A DNA stretch of 45,069 nt from Candidatus Nanohaloarchaea archaeon (GTDB lineage Archaea > Nanohalarchaeota > Nanosalinia > Nanosalinales > Nanosalinaceae), in the NCBI GenBank assembly GCA_042217585.1, contig JBDGSJ010000014.1, positions 1 to 45,069 of the forward strand, written 5' to 3'. The notes under the pieces were generated by a model. The model did no database searches. It worked only from the letters and a program-made list of their open reading frames with translations, and was not told the origin of the DNA. A program made the position numbers and the translations under genes. Below are positions 1-9,875 of the stretch, in pieces. Numbering within the stretch: position 1 is the stretch's first letter; each line of letters begins with the position of its first letter.

Positions 1-9
1 GGTCCGTGA

Positions 10-462
10 TCAGTCTTCGGTATTGTCAAGTACGGCTTCCCTTACTCCTCCGTCGCCGTCTGTACCCGTATCCGTCGTCGTTCCGGAGACCTTTTCCCTT
101 GATTTCTCCCTTAGATGGAGGTAGATCCTCCTGAACGGGATGAGCAAAATCTTGAGAATCTTGTACGGTATCTGGATCAGCTCCGAGGCAACTGAATAAG
201 CTGAGGAAAGAACGGTGTACGCCATGAAAAGCGCTCCTCCGATAAAGGCGAACATGAGTATGTCGTTGATCGCGGGTGTCGTCCCCCAGATGTACTTCTG
301 GACCGCGTAGTAGAAACCTCCAGATAGACCTGTGACGAGGAAAGTCTCCATGATGGTCTCCAGTACCTTGTAGGCTATCACGAAAAGTACGATGAGGAGG
401 AAAACGACCGCTATGCTCTGGAAGGGGGCCGGCAGGTTTCCGACCAGCGGAAGAGCCATCAT
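10..462 (-). CDS. Hypothetical multi-pass membrane protein
   Basis: 150-aa ORF with about 3 hydrophobic segments and a charged tail. Its ATG overlaps the TGA of the upstream gene (ATGA). Confidence 0.8.
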   Translation of the reverse strand: MMALPLVGNLPAPFQSIAVVFLLIVLFVIAYKVLETIMETFLVTGLSGGFYYAVQKYIWGTTPAINDILMFAFIGGALFMAYTVLSSAYSVASELIQIPYKILKILLIPFRRIYLHLREKSREKVSGTTTDTGTDGDGGVREAVLDNTED

Positions 463-3263
463 CCCTCACCGAGCAGGTCGTACAGCCGGTCGCCCTCCTC
501 CGGGATCAGGCTGGTGTAGACCACGAATCCTATCAGCAGGAGGACCAGTAGGACTATCGCCAGGATTATTATCATGTTGCCTCCTCCCTGTTGCTGTGGC
601 TCATCGGCCGGAGGCTCCTGCTGGTTGGTCTGGTTCTGTGTGTTGTTCTGCTGATTCTGCTGGTTGTCCTGCTGGTTATCTCCGGACTGTATCTGGGTTT
701 CAACAGAGTTCAGTGTGGCCTGAACGTTCTGGTAGGTCTCGTAGGCCTGCTGAAGGTTGCCCCGCGATATATCGGTCTCTATCGCAGTTATCTTGGCCCG
801 GGCATTGGTAAGTTGCGTCATCAGGTCCTGATCGTCAGTCTGTTGCTGCAGGTTGTCGATTCTCGATGAAAGATCAGACTCTATTATCGCGGCAGCCGGC
901 ATGGTAAGTGCAGTCACCGAGAACTGGACCTGGACCTCTCCCTGTGAGGTCTGTCCCGTTATAGTTACAGGTCCTACAGTGCCGTCGGGCACACTGACAG
1001 CGCTGAAGTCGACCTGGTAGGTCCTTTCCTCTCCCGGATCCAGCGCCTCGGGGTCGGCCAGAGAGACCGTGAACCTGTCGGAGTTAGCCTGCAGTCCATC
1101 GATCTGGAGGTCTCCAGTGTTCGACAGACTCACCATCATCTGCGTGTCCGAGCCTTCGACGAGAGGACCTATCTCGACCTGCGAGACGTTAACCTCCATC
1201 CCCTTCTCGGGAACAGTGACGTTCGCGACCAGTTCCGTGTGGAGACGGAGGGTCCTGCCGTCGGCCTTCATCACTATCGTGCCTGTCCCGTTGAAAGGTC
1301 TCATGGCCGAGTAGTTCGCTGTTATCACCGTGCTGTGTGGGAAATCCGTCCTGTTCGCAGAGACCTGGAGACGGTCAGCGATTTCTCCTGTGACGCTTAG
1401 GTCCAGTGTAGTGTTAGTACCGTTGTCTCCCAGGTAGTGGAAGGTTATCTCCTCCTGGATAAACTTCCTCTGGTCGGTGGTCCTGTTGAGCCACTGGTCG
1501 GTCTCGATGCATATCGTCTCGTTCCTCAGGCCACAGTAGGGAGCGTTTATTTCGATCAGCGTCGTCCTGTTGTAGGGAGTGCTGGTATCATAGAGGGTCA
1601 CGTTGCCGCTGTAGTCATCGACCCTTGTCATGTTGAACTTCAGCCTTAGATCCTTCGTGCCTGAAGCGGGGATAGTGATGTTGCCCGCCGAGTTGTTGAC
1701 GGAGGTGAAGTCCGCTATCTCCCCGTTGATCTCGGGGTTTATCTCGTTGGCGCTGCTGATCGAGTTGTTGAGCGTGATATTTCTGAAGTATACACCTGTC
1801 TTCGTGAAACCGTAACTTACCTGGCCCGGGCTCTCGAACGTCTGGTCCACAGCTTTGACCACGAACGTCACCGGGTCCAGACTGGTTCTATCACCGTACT
1901 TGTTATAGGCACTGGCAGTAATCTCGTACGTACCGTTCTCGGCGTCCGAGGGTATCTCTATCATGTTGGTCCAGAGATCCGTGTCCTCTTTGAACTCCAT
2001 ATCGCTCAGGTTGTATGACCGGAACCGGGCCCCTGTCGGACTTTTTATATCGACTGTGACGTTTTTCAGCCATCCCTCCGGGTAGGGATTGGAGCTGTAC
2101 GGGAATCCTATGAATGTCTTGACGCTGAAGTAGGACCCCTGGTAGGTGGTCCTGGAGGTGTAGTCCTCGATCGTGTAGTTCGCCTTTGTTATGTTGTAGT
2201 AATCTATGTCTGTCCCTCCGCTTCCTGTCGCGTTGAACCGCAGGATCACCTCTCTGTCCCATCTGGTGGTGTTGAGGTCCGGATACTGGAAGGATGTGTT
2301 GTATACGTTCGTCCCGTTCGTGACCTGCAGGTCCTTCATCTCGTAGAGCCCGGTCGAATTCCTTGTGAGCAGAGACATGCTGACGTTCTCCGCGACAGAT
2401 TGAGTAACCTTGAAACCTGCCTCGATTGTGGCATTAGGTTCACATATCTCCACCATCTTTTGGGAATCACAGCGAGAAGATGTCGTGTTAACGTAGATAT
2501 TTTTGGCCTTCACGACATCCAGGGTCTTTATCCTGAAGGATTCAACTCCTGTCGACAACTTTTCCGTACCGCTCGTCGCGTTAACGTGCATTACGAAGTT
2601 TGTGTCCGGTATGTTCGGGATACGGACCCTGTCGTTGAAGTAGTAGAGCTGTCCATTATCGTAGTTCTTGATCCCTGTTATCGGGCTGGTGTAGGTGACG
2701 TTCGTGAAGTAGACACTCACGTCAGCCGCCCCTTCAGCTTCGTCGTCCCACTGGTCCGTAACATTCACCTCGAGCGATATCTCCTGACCGGGCCGGTACT
2801 CCTCCTGGAAGCCACTGATGACGTTCACCGTGTAGTTGTCGAACGTGAACTCTCTGGTCTTGTTCCTCTTGCTGGTCGCATCCACGACCGTATCAGATTT
2901 TGTATCACCGTAGGCCTCGAACTGGACCTCACCAGCAGTCACGTTATTCAGCTCGAAGCTCGCGTACCAGACTCCTCCCTTGAGGTGTGTCATCTCTCCC
3001 GTTATGTTCTTTTCGAACTCTGGCGACTGGTAAGTATAGTTGAAGTAACCGTTCACCAGGCTGTCCTGCCCTATAGGTACGCCGTTTGTCGTTGACAGGT
3101 TCGCCAGCTGGACCGTCTGCGAGCCGTTAGAGACGTTTGCGTAGCTCCAGGGCTGGTCGAGTATCTCTATCTGCCAGTTCGGAGCGGCCGAACCGACAGA
3201 TGCCAGGACTAGGAGAACCGATGCGAAAAATATCATCTTTCCCAGAATCTGATCTTGCTGCAT
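459..3263 (-). CDS. Large secreted, C-terminally anchored surface glycoprotein (S-layer/adhesin-like)
   Basis: N-terminal signal peptide, beta-rich Asn/Thr-rich body with dozens of N-x-S/T sequons, helical segment, Q/N-rich linker, GGG then a TM helix and short acidic tail. TATA-like TTTTTAAC just upstream. Confidence 0.8.
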   Translation of the reverse strand: MQQDQILGKMIFFASVLLVLASVGSAAPNWQIEILDQPWSYANVSNGSQTVQLANLSTTNGVPIGQDSLVNGYFNYTYQSPEFEKNITGEMTHLKGGVWYASFELNNVTAGEVQFEAYGDTKSDTVVDATSKRNKTREFTFDNYTVNVISGFQEEYRPGQEISLEVNVTDQWDDEAEGAADVSVYFTNVTYTSPITGIKNYDNGQLYYFNDRVRIPNIPDTNFVMHVNATSGTEKLSTGVESFRIKTLDVVKAKNIYVNTTSSRCDSQKMVEICEPNATIEAGFKVTQSVAENVSMSLLTRNSTGLYEMKDLQVTNGTNVYNTSFQYPDLNTTRWDREVILRFNATGSGGTDIDYYNITKANYTIEDYTSRTTYQGSYFSVKTFIGFPYSSNPYPEGWLKNVTVDIKSPTGARFRSYNLSDMEFKEDTDLWTNMIEIPSDAENGTYEITASAYNKYGDRTSLDPVTFVVKAVDQTFESPGQVSYGFTKTGVYFRNITLNNSISSANEINPEINGEIADFTSVNNSAGNITIPASGTKDLRLKFNMTRVDDYSGNVTLYDTSTPYNRTTLIEINAPYCGLRNETICIETDQWLNRTTDQRKFIQEEITFHYLGDNGTNTTLDLSVTGEIADRLQVSANRTDFPHSTVITANYSAMRPFNGTGTIVMKADGRTLRLHTELVANVTVPEKGMEVNVSQVEIGPLVEGSDTQMMVSLSNTGDLQIDGLQANSDRFTVSLADPEALDPGEERTYQVDFSAVSVPDGTVGPVTITGQTSQGEVQVQFSVTALTMPAAAIIESDLSSRIDNLQQQTDDQDLMTQLTNARAKITAIETDISRGNLQQAYETYQNVQATLNSVETQIQSGDNQQDNQQNQQNNTQNQTNQQEPPADEPQQQGGGNMIIILAIVLLVLLLIGFVVYTSLIPEEGDRLYDLLGEG

Positions 3264-3294
3264 ACTTCACAATTCATTACTACGGTTAAAAAAT

Positions 3295-3813
3295 CTACCT
3301 TCCCCGGAGGATGTAGAGGGTCTCAAACCAGAGCTCCCGGGACCTTTCTCTCTCAAGAGTTTCATCAAGTTCCTCGAGGTCCGCGAGAGAGCTCGCGACC
3401 AGGATGAAACCTCCGTCCTCCCGGAGGTATCCATCCACTTCCCGGAGGAACTCCCTCGTGACCTCTATCCCCTCCTCCCCTCCACGCCATATCTCTTCGT
3501 CGCCTATGTCCTCCTCTCCCGGCAGGTAGGGAGGGTTGAAAACGACGAGGTCGAACCTTTCGCGGACCTCGTCGAACATGTCCGACCGGCGGACCTCTAG
3601 ATCGACGTTTTCCTGTTCCGCGAGCTGTTCCGTGGCGCGGACCGCCTCGGGGTTTATGTCGACCGCGGTGACTTCTGCGCCTTTCCCGGCGAGTTCGACC
3701 GCTATCTTTCCCGAGCCTGAACCGACTTCGAGGACCTTTTTCCCCTCGAGCTCTTGATCCTCCAGGTAGTCGAGCAGGAAGTAGGTGTCCTCGGCCGGCT
3801 GGTATACCGTCAT
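3295..3813 (-). CDS. HemK2/MTQ2-family protein methyltransferase (release factor Gln methylase)
   Basis: VYQPAEDT start, EVGSGSG SAM-binding motif, FNPPYLP motif. Confidence 0.93.
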   Translation of the reverse strand: MTVYQPAEDTYFLLDYLEDQELEGKKVLEVGSGSGKIAVELAGKGAEVTAVDINPEAVRATEQLAEQENVDLEVRRSDMFDEVRERFDLVVFNPPYLPGEEDIGDEEIWRGGEEGIEVTREFLREVDGYLREDGGFILVASSLADLEELDETLERERSRELWFETLYILRGR

Positions 3814-5375
3814 CTTGCTTCACGGAGGAACTCCAGGAAGAGCGGGTTGGGTTTTTCGAAGCGGGAGGTGAACTCCGGGTGGGCCTGGGTCCCCACGAAG
3901 AACCTGTTCTCCGGTATCTCCACGTACTCGGCGAGGTCCCCGTCCTCCATGACCCCTGACACTTTCATCCCGGCGTCCTTCAGCCTTCCGTGGAGTTCAG
4001 GGTCCACCTCGTACCTGTGCCTGTGTCTCTCTGTCACTTTTTCCCCTCCGTAAATCTCGCTTACCTGTCCGGAGATCTCTGCGGTGTAGGCCCCGAGCCT
4101 CATCGTGCCTCCCATCTGTTCGACGTCCTTCTGGTCCTCCATCTCCTTTATCACCATCTCCTTTCCGGGGTCGCTGAACTCCTCGGAGCCCGCCTCGATA
4201 CCCAGCACGTTCCGGGCGAACTCTATCACCGCGAGCTGCATTCCGAAGCACAGTCCGAGGTAGGGGACGTCGTTCTCCCGGGCGTGTCTGATGGCGTTTA
4301 TCTTCCCCTGTATCCCGCGGGAGCCGAATCCTCCGGGGACCAGTATGCCGTCGAAGCCTTCGAGTTCAGGACCTTCTATCTCCTCGGAGTCCAGGTACTG
4401 GACCTCCACTGATCCTCCGAGTTCGGCCGCGGCGTGCTTGAGCGCCTCCTCCACCGATGCGTACGAGTCGTCCATCTCGGTGTACTTCCCGCAGACAGCT
4501 ATCTCCGCCAGCGGTTCGTCCATCACGTTTTCGACCCTTCTTCTCCAGTCCTCCATCCCGTTCTCCCTTTCCGGGAGGCCCATCTTCTCCGCTATTATGG
4601 TGTCGACGTCCTGGGAATCGAATATCAGCGGAAGCCTGTACACCGTGTCGAGCGTGGGGTCCGAGATGACCGCGTCTTCAGGTACGTCGCAGAAGAGGGA
4701 GATCTTTTCACGTGTCTTCTGCTCCAGTTCCTCCTCGTTTCTCCCGACGACCATGTCCGGCTCAAGTCCCATCTCTCTCAGGTCCTTAACGGAGTGCTGT
4801 GTCGGCTTGGTCTTCTGCTCGCCGGTGGTCTCGAGGTACGGGACCAGCGTGGTGTGTATCAGGAAGGTGTCCTCCGCGGGTAGCTCGCTTCTGAGCTGGC
4901 GGACCGCCTCGAGGAAGACCCTGTTCTCGATGTCTCCCACGGTACCGCCTATCTCGACCGCGATCACGTCTGCGTCCTCTTCCTCGCCGTTCTCCCTCAT
5001 CATCTGCTTCATGTGTTCCGTGACGTGGGGGACCATCTGGACGGTTTTGCCGAGATATTCGCCTTCCCTCTCCTTTTCTATCACCTGCTTGAAGACTTTT
5101 CCCGATGTGAGGTTCCAGCCTCCCTTTCCGTTGACCCCGAGGAACCGCTCGTAGTGGCCGAAGTCCATGTCGACCTCGGTGCCGTCCTCCAGGACGAAGA
5201 CCTCGCCGTGTTCATGGGGATTCATCGTTCCCGGGTCGACGTTGAGGTAACCGTCACATTTGACCGGGATGATCTCCTGACCTCTTTCCTGGAGAAGTTT
5301 TGAGACGCTGGCGGACACCAGTCCTTTTCCAAGCCCCGAGAGAACTCCGCCGGTGATGAATATCCACTTCGGCAT
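3810..5375 (-). CDS. pyrG: CTP synthase
   Basis: TGGVLSGLGKG, YLNVDPGTMNP, KTKPTQHSV, GLCFGMQ (catalytic Cys), ERHRHRYEV, QAHPEF. Confidence 0.99.
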   Translation of the reverse strand: MPKWIFITGGVLSGLGKGLVSASVSKLLQERGQEIIPVKCDGYLNVDPGTMNPHEHGEVFVLEDGTEVDMDFGHYERFLGVNGKGGWNLTSGKVFKQVIEKEREGEYLGKTVQMVPHVTEHMKQMMRENGEEEDADVIAVEIGGTVGDIENRVFLEAVRQLRSELPAEDTFLIHTTLVPYLETTGEQKTKPTQHSVKDLREMGLEPDMVVGRNEEELEQKTREKISLFCDVPEDAVISDPTLDTVYRLPLIFDSQDVDTIIAEKMGLPERENGMEDWRRRVENVMDEPLAEIAVCGKYTEMDDSYASVEEALKHAAAELGGSVEVQYLDSEEIEGPELEGFDGILVPGGFGSRGIQGKINAIRHARENDVPYLGLCFGMQLAVIEFARNVLGIEAGSEEFSDPGKEMVIKEMEDQKDVEQMGGTMRLGAYTAEISGQVSEIYGGEKVTERHRHRYEVDPELHGRLKDAGMKVSGVMEDGDLAEYVEIPENRFFVGTQAHPEFTSRFEKPNPLFLEFLREAR

Positions 5376-5414
5376 AACAGAATCAGCGGGGGCATGAATA
5401 AAAATCGGTCGGTG

Positions 5415-5849
5415 CTATCCTGGCGACCCGCCTGTCGGAACACCGTAGTCGTTCCACCACTCGTCGCCGTCAACGTCCAGCACAAGGTCGTCGAACTCTC
5501 CCTCGAGGTCCTCCAGCAGGTCTTCATCCTCGAAGAAACCTTCAGCCATCGAGCTCTCCCCTCTCAGGGTCGCGGCTATTCCCGCGAGTTCGTAATCCTC
5601 GGGGACGTCTTCGCCGTAGACGTGGACCTCGACCCGGTCGTCCTCGACGTATGCCTCGCCGATCAGGTTGCCGTCACGGTCCTCCACCCAGAGCGAGGTG
5701 TGGTCTCCAACGGGGTCCCTGCTCAGCGGATCGAAACCGAGGTCGATAACGGATTCGACCATCTCTTCCCTCTCCCTCCCAGGGTTCTCGACCTCCAGAA
5801 CGTATCCGTCGCTGTTTTCCTCGACCGTGTAGTTCTCGCTCATCCCCAT
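5415..5849 (-). CDS. Hypothetical acidic protein
   Basis: 144-aa acidic ORF filling the gap between ksgA and pyrG, with a TATA-like element about 25 nt upstream. No recognisable motif. Confidence 0.75.
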   Translation of the reverse strand: MGMSENYTVEENSDGYVLEVENPGREREEMVESVIDLGFDPLSRDPVGDHTSLWVEDRDGNLIGEAYVEDDRVEVHVYGEDVPEDYELAGIAATLRGESSMAEGFFEDEDLLEDLEGEFDDLVLDVDGDEWWNDYGVPTGGSPG

Positions 5850-5891
5850 CCAGATTTGTCGAGAAATCCTTAAATCTTTTTCGGTGAGCTC

Positions 5892-6695
5892 TCACCTCTC
5901 CTGTATACCGGAGAAAGCCTCTGCTATGTCGGCTATCTCCCTCAGCTCCAGCTGGAAGACCCTTTTCTCGGAGTGAGGTATATCGTCCCGGACCTCCTTG
6001 GCCCGGTCCTTGGAGATATCGAGTATGTGTCTGGCGTCAACGAACGCGTTCCTCGCCTTCTTTTTCTTGTGGGTGAAAAGCGCTTTCGACATCCTGAAGA
6101 ACCGGTCCTCGTCCTCGACACCGTGCCTCTCCCTGTTCGGGTACAGCTTGACTATCGAGGTGTCGACCTCCGGTTCGGGGTAGTAACAGTGTCCCGGCAC
6201 GTCCTTCAGCTTCACGGGGACGAAGTAGTAGTTCGAAAGGACCGTGAACGGTCCGTACTCCGGATCTCCGGGGTCCGCGACCATCCTCTCCGCCAGCTCT
6301 TTCTGCAGTATCAGGGAGCTCTGGACCTGTCTCTCTCCCAGTTTTTCGATTGCATCTGATGAGATCTCGAACGGCAGGTTTGAGACACAGCGGTCCACCT
6401 CCGGTATCTCGTAGTCGAAGAAGTCCTCGTTCACGACCTCGACGTTCTCCGTCCCGGAGAACCTGTCCTCGAGGTGGGCCGCCAGCGTCGTGTCCTTTTC
6501 AAGTGCGTAAACTTTTTCGGCGCGGTCCGCAAGTTCCCCGGTTATGACTCCGGTCCCGGCCCCTATTTCCAGCACGGTCTCGTCCTCCACCTCTCCGGAC
6601 TCGACCAGTGCCTCGACAACGTGTGTCGAGGTGAGAAAGTTCTGGCCCTTAACCGGTTTTATGCCGAGGTCCCTGAGGGTTTTCTCTACGTCCAT
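5892..6695 (-). CDS. rsmA: 16S rRNA adenine dimethyltransferase
   Basis: GQNFL, LEIGAGTG, SNLPFEIS, QKELAER, YPEPEVDT motifs. Conserved position after DUF655. Confidence 0.97.
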   Translation of the reverse strand: MDVEKTLRDLGIKPVKGQNFLTSTHVVEALVESGEVEDETVLEIGAGTGVITGELADRAEKVYALEKDTTLAAHLEDRFSGTENVEVVNEDFFDYEIPEVDRCVSNLPFEISSDAIEKLGERQVQSSLILQKELAERMVADPGDPEYGPFTVLSNYYFVPVKLKDVPGHCYYPEPEVDTSIVKLYPNRERHGVEDEDRFFRMSKALFTHKKKKARNAFVDARHILDISKDRAKEVRDDIPHSEKRVFQLELREIADIAEAFSGIQER

Positions 6696-6696
6696 C

Positions 6697-7236
6697 TCAG
6701 CTACTCACGAAAAGGTTCCTCTTGGACTCTCCCTTCAGTTCTTCGATTATCCGTTCAAGAATCGCGTCAGAGGGTTCGGGCATCGACGGGACGCGGTCCT
6801 TGATGTCGCTGAAGCTTTCGAACTCATCTTTGTCCCTTTCATCGAGGAGTTTCTGCATGTGTTTCGAGCCTATGCCAGGTAGAAGCTCGAAGGCGTGTCT
6901 CCTGGGTGTAACGGGCGTGGCCTCGTTGAAAAACTCGACGAACTCCTCTTCCTTATCGTTGACCAGTTCCTTGAGGACATACTTGAGTTCGCTCTTGGCG
7001 TTCCCGGTCAGGTCGTCGTAATCTATCCTGTCCTTGATGTACTTGACGCGTTCCCTCTCACCAGGGCCTATGTAGAGTTTCTCTCCTCCCTTCGGTCGTT
7101 CCTCATCTCTCATCACGACTTCCAGCAGGTTGTAGTTCTCCGTTCCGATCCCCTGCGCCATCGGTTCTCCCCCGTGACCTGAACCTCCGTGCTCCAGGAA
7201 GTCCAGTACGAGGATGTTTTCATCTTTTTCTGCCAT
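6697..7236 (-). CDS. DUF655 family putative RNA-binding protein
   Basis: VLDFLEHG, HAFELLPGIG (HhH-like). Conserved rpoF-DUF655-ksgA order. The ATG at 7236 follows a GAGGTGA Shine-Dalgarno, so the ORF-track start at 7293 is too early. Confidence 0.92.
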   Translation of the reverse strand: MAEKDENILVLDFLEHGGSGHGGEPMAQGIGTENYNLLEVVMRDEERPKGGEKLYIGPGERERVKYIKDRIDYDDLTGNAKSELKYVLKELVNDKEEEFVEFFNEATPVTPRRHAFELLPGIGSKHMQKLLDERDKDEFESFSDIKDRVPSMPEPSDAILERIIEELKGESKRNLFVSS

Positions 7237-7243
7237 TTCTTGT

Positions 7244-7329
7244 TCACCTCTGAGTTCTTCTGTCCCAGGAGAAACCTGGAAAAAGCAGCTCAATCAGGTA
7301 GTATACTGTTCCGTGTTTAAATTAAAAAA
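7244..7329 (-). promoter_or_regulatory. Internal promoter (TTTTAATTTAAA), structured 5' leader and GAGGTGA ribosome-binding site of the DUF655 gene
   Basis: AT-rich TATA element at about 7316-7329, leader hairpin TTCCAGG/CCTGGGA, SD directly upstream of the ATG. Confidence 0.6.
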
Positions 7330-7348
7330 CCTTTGTGGTCCTTGCTCT

Positions 7349-7681
7349 TCACTCGGTATCTATGCTCTGGCAGATGTCCAGGATCTCCTCGACCTGTGAT
7401 TCATCGAGTTTTACCCTCTCCTTCGAGAAGACCGCCCGAACCGTCGATTCGCGCTGCGGAACCAGTTCCAGGAGCTTGTAGATGTGCTTGTCCTTCAGGT
7501 CCTCTATCTCGCTGAACTCCTCGTGGAGTTCCTCCAGAGTATCTCTATCCTCTATTTTGGTGTGGCGGGAGAGGTTCTCGAGGGCGATCTTCTGCTCGTG
7601 GGTAAGGTCCTCATCTTCCTTCTCCTCAAGAGCGTCAAGAGCCTCCACCGGGTACACGTACTCCTCGTCCTTTATTTCCAT
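7349..7681 (-). CDS. rpoF: DNA-directed RNA polymerase subunit F (Rpo4)
   Basis: LTHEQKIALE...KLLELVP...VRAVFSKER pattern, 110 aa, directly after rpl21e. Confidence 0.93.
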   Translation of the reverse strand: MEIKDEEYVYPVEALDALEEKEDEDLTHEQKIALENLSRHTKIEDRDTLEELHEEFSEIEDLKDKHIYKLLELVPQRESTVRAVFSKERVKLDESQVEEILDICQSIDTE

Positions 7682-7972
7682 CTACTCGTTCACCTTCTCC
7701 AGGTGCGCGGGATGGACCTGTAGTTGCTTTGTCTTGTCACCGTCCTTGAACTCGACCTCGTAAGCATCGCCTCTCTGGCCGACGACCTCGACCGTCTTCC
7801 CGTAGAAACGCGTGTGAGGTGTTCCGTCCTGGACCGAGGAGTCGATCTTGATAAGCGCCTTTTCGCCCTCCTCGAAATCCTTAAGCATCTCGTTTACGGT
7901 CGTTTTCTCGCGAGGACCTTTCCTGAGCTTTTTCCTCGCGCCCTGCTGTGAACCTTGAGACTTCTGCGCCAT
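7682..7972 (-). CDS. rpl21e: 50S ribosomal protein L21e
   Basis: IDSSVQDGTPHTRFYGKT, RGDAYEV, HPAHL motifs. Confidence 0.97.
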   Translation of the reverse strand: MAQKSQGSQQGARKKLRKGPREKTTVNEMLKDFEEGEKALIKIDSSVQDGTPHTRFYGKTVEVVGQRGDAYEVEFKDGDKTKQLQVHPAHLEKVNE

Positions 7973-8021
7973 TTTAAACCACTTATCAACACGAGGGGGT
8001 TAAAGTTTTTTAATACTGGAC

Positions 8022-9245
8022 CTACTTCGCGATGTCCACGACGTCGAGGACCGTGCATTCTGCCCCGGTTCCGAGTATCCCCGCGATGCTGGGATCGCTC
8101 CTTCCCTCATCCCCGTGGATGAGTTCCTTGATGTAGGTCCCTGCCTCGGCCTCTATCTCCATCTCGAACCTTCTCTCGCCCGTCTTCTCCCATTCGACGG
8201 AGTAGACCTCGCGTTCCCGGACCCTGTCCGCGCGCCGGTGGTCCACCCTCTGAGGGGTCCTCTGCTCGACCGTGCCGACCAGCTCCTTGAGCTTCTCGAG
8301 GTCCGATTCTCCTATCTCTTCTCCGGTCTCTATCTCCGCGCGGTAGGTCTTGTCCGCGTGCTTCTCCTTTATCTCCTCTACCTCGTCTTTCTCGGCGTAC
8401 CTTAGTTCGAAGACCTCGACCTTATCGCTCCCGTTGACCTCCTCCCTGAGATCTTCGAGGTCCAGGTCCCTGTTCAGCGGCTCCATCAGTTCGAGGACGA
8501 ACTCTCTCCTTCCGAGGCACCTGACGTCCACGTCCTCCCTTCCGCCGCCGTGGAACTTCGCGTCCACAGCCTTTGATTCCCGAACGAAAGGTTCCTGTAT
8601 CTCCTCCTGTACGCTGGTCATGTACTGTTTTCCGGTCCAGTCGCATTCCTCGCATCCCGAGCCCCGGCAGTTGCTGCACGGCCACTCGGTCTGCGGTATC
8701 TCCCTGGAGTACTTGTTGTACTGGCCGTATATGAGTAGGGAGTTCACCTGCATCTCGATCTTCTCCTCTTCCATGTCGATCACAGGGTTCAGGTCCGCTC
8801 GGCCGAACTCCACCTCGACGTCGAGCTCCGCCTCGATCCTTTTGCCTATGAGACGTGAGAGCTCGGTCTTTATCGGCTCGGTGAACTCTATCCCGTACTC
8901 CTCCCAGAGGTCCTCCTCGCGCTCCAGCATCTCCTCTCTCGGCCTGACACCGATAAGGAATGTGGAGAACTCGTACCTCTCGACGGCGTCAAGGACCATC
9001 TGCGTCCACTCGTCGAGCTCATCGAACACACCTGTGCAATATTCACATTCCCCGCCGATCTCTGCGTCTTCAGGTATCCTGTCCCGGACGAAGGAGTCCT
9101 CGTCGAGCTCCTCTATCTCACGGGCGATCGCCCCTCTCTCGTAGTTCTCCAGTCCGTGTCCGAGCTTCGCGAACTGCCGGCCGAGGCAGTGGTCGCACAG
9201 CTCCTCGTTCTGGACCAGCGCGTCCCTCTTCTCCTTTACTCTCAT
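8022..9245 (-). CDS. pus10: tRNA pseudouridine(54/55) synthase Pus10
   Basis: LCDHCLGRQF, YNKYSREIPQT, FHGGGREDVD (catalytic Asp), QRTPQRV, GTYIKELIHGD. Confidence 0.97.
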   Translation of the reverse strand: MRVKEKRDALVQNEELCDHCLGRQFAKLGHGLENYERGAIAREIEELDEDSFVRDRIPEDAEIGGECEYCTGVFDELDEWTQMVLDAVERYEFSTFLIGVRPREEMLEREEDLWEEYGIEFTEPIKTELSRLIGKRIEAELDVEVEFGRADLNPVIDMEEEKIEMQVNSLLIYGQYNKYSREIPQTEWPCSNCRGSGCEECDWTGKQYMTSVQEEIQEPFVRESKAVDAKFHGGGREDVDVRCLGRREFVLELMEPLNRDLDLEDLREEVNGSDKVEVFELRYAEKDEVEEIKEKHADKTYRAEIETGEEIGESDLEKLKELVGTVEQRTPQRVDHRRADRVREREVYSVEWEKTGERRFEMEIEAEAGTYIKELIHGDEGRSDPSIAGILGTGAECTVLDVVDIAK

Positions 9246-9248
9246 CTT

Positions 9249-9785
9249 TCAGACCTCGAACTCTTCCCTCTCTTTTTCGATTTTTCCCTCCCTGAGCCTG
9301 AGCTTCCTGACCTCAAGTTCGCCGTCCTCCAGTTCCAGCTCCATCATCTCGGGAGGTCCCTCCGAGGCTGTTCCTCCGCCGACCCCGGTGCAGCTTCCCG
9401 GGTTGAGTATTATCTTTCCGCCGTGCTTCGCCGCGTCCTGCCTGTGGCTGTGTCCTGTAAGTATCACGTCTACTCCGAGCTTGTCTTCCGCCACGTCCGC
9501 GAGCGTTTCGTGGTCGCCTCTCGGGTGGATCCCGGAGCCGTGGTAGACCCCGAACTCGATCCCGGATTCCTCGAAACTCTGGGAGACCGGCAGGTCGAAG
9601 AAGTCGCAGTTGCCCTTGACCGCCACCATCTCCGGGTATCTGTTCCTGAGCTCTCTGTAGTATCCTTCCCTGTCGAAGTCGCCGCAGTGGACAACAAGTT
9701 CCGCCTTCTCGAGCCTCTCGTGGAATTTTTCGGGTATCTCCTCTGCGCGGGAGGGCACGTGGGAGTCGGAGATGACGGCTATCAT
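9249..9785 (-). CDS. Metallophosphoesterase, YfcE/MJ0936/Vps29 family
   Basis: ISDSH, HCGD, KGNCD, YHG, GHSH, LNPGS all intact. Likely ATG at 9785, about 25 nt after TATTTAAA. Confidence 0.93.
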   Translation of the reverse strand: MIAVISDSHVPSRAEEIPEKFHERLEKAELVVHCGDFDREGYYRELRNRYPEMVAVKGNCDFFDLPVSQSFEESGIEFGVYHGSGIHPRGDHETLADVAEDKLGVDVILTGHSHRQDAAKHGGKIILNPGSCTGVGGGTASEGPPEMMELELEDGELEVRKLRLREGKIEKEREEFEV

Positions 9786-9875
9786 AACCCGGTCTCCGGG
9801 TTCAACGTTTAAATAGGGTCCAAGCCGCATTATATGTTGAGGGGTGGAAGGGGAGAGACCTGAGGTCCTCTCCCG

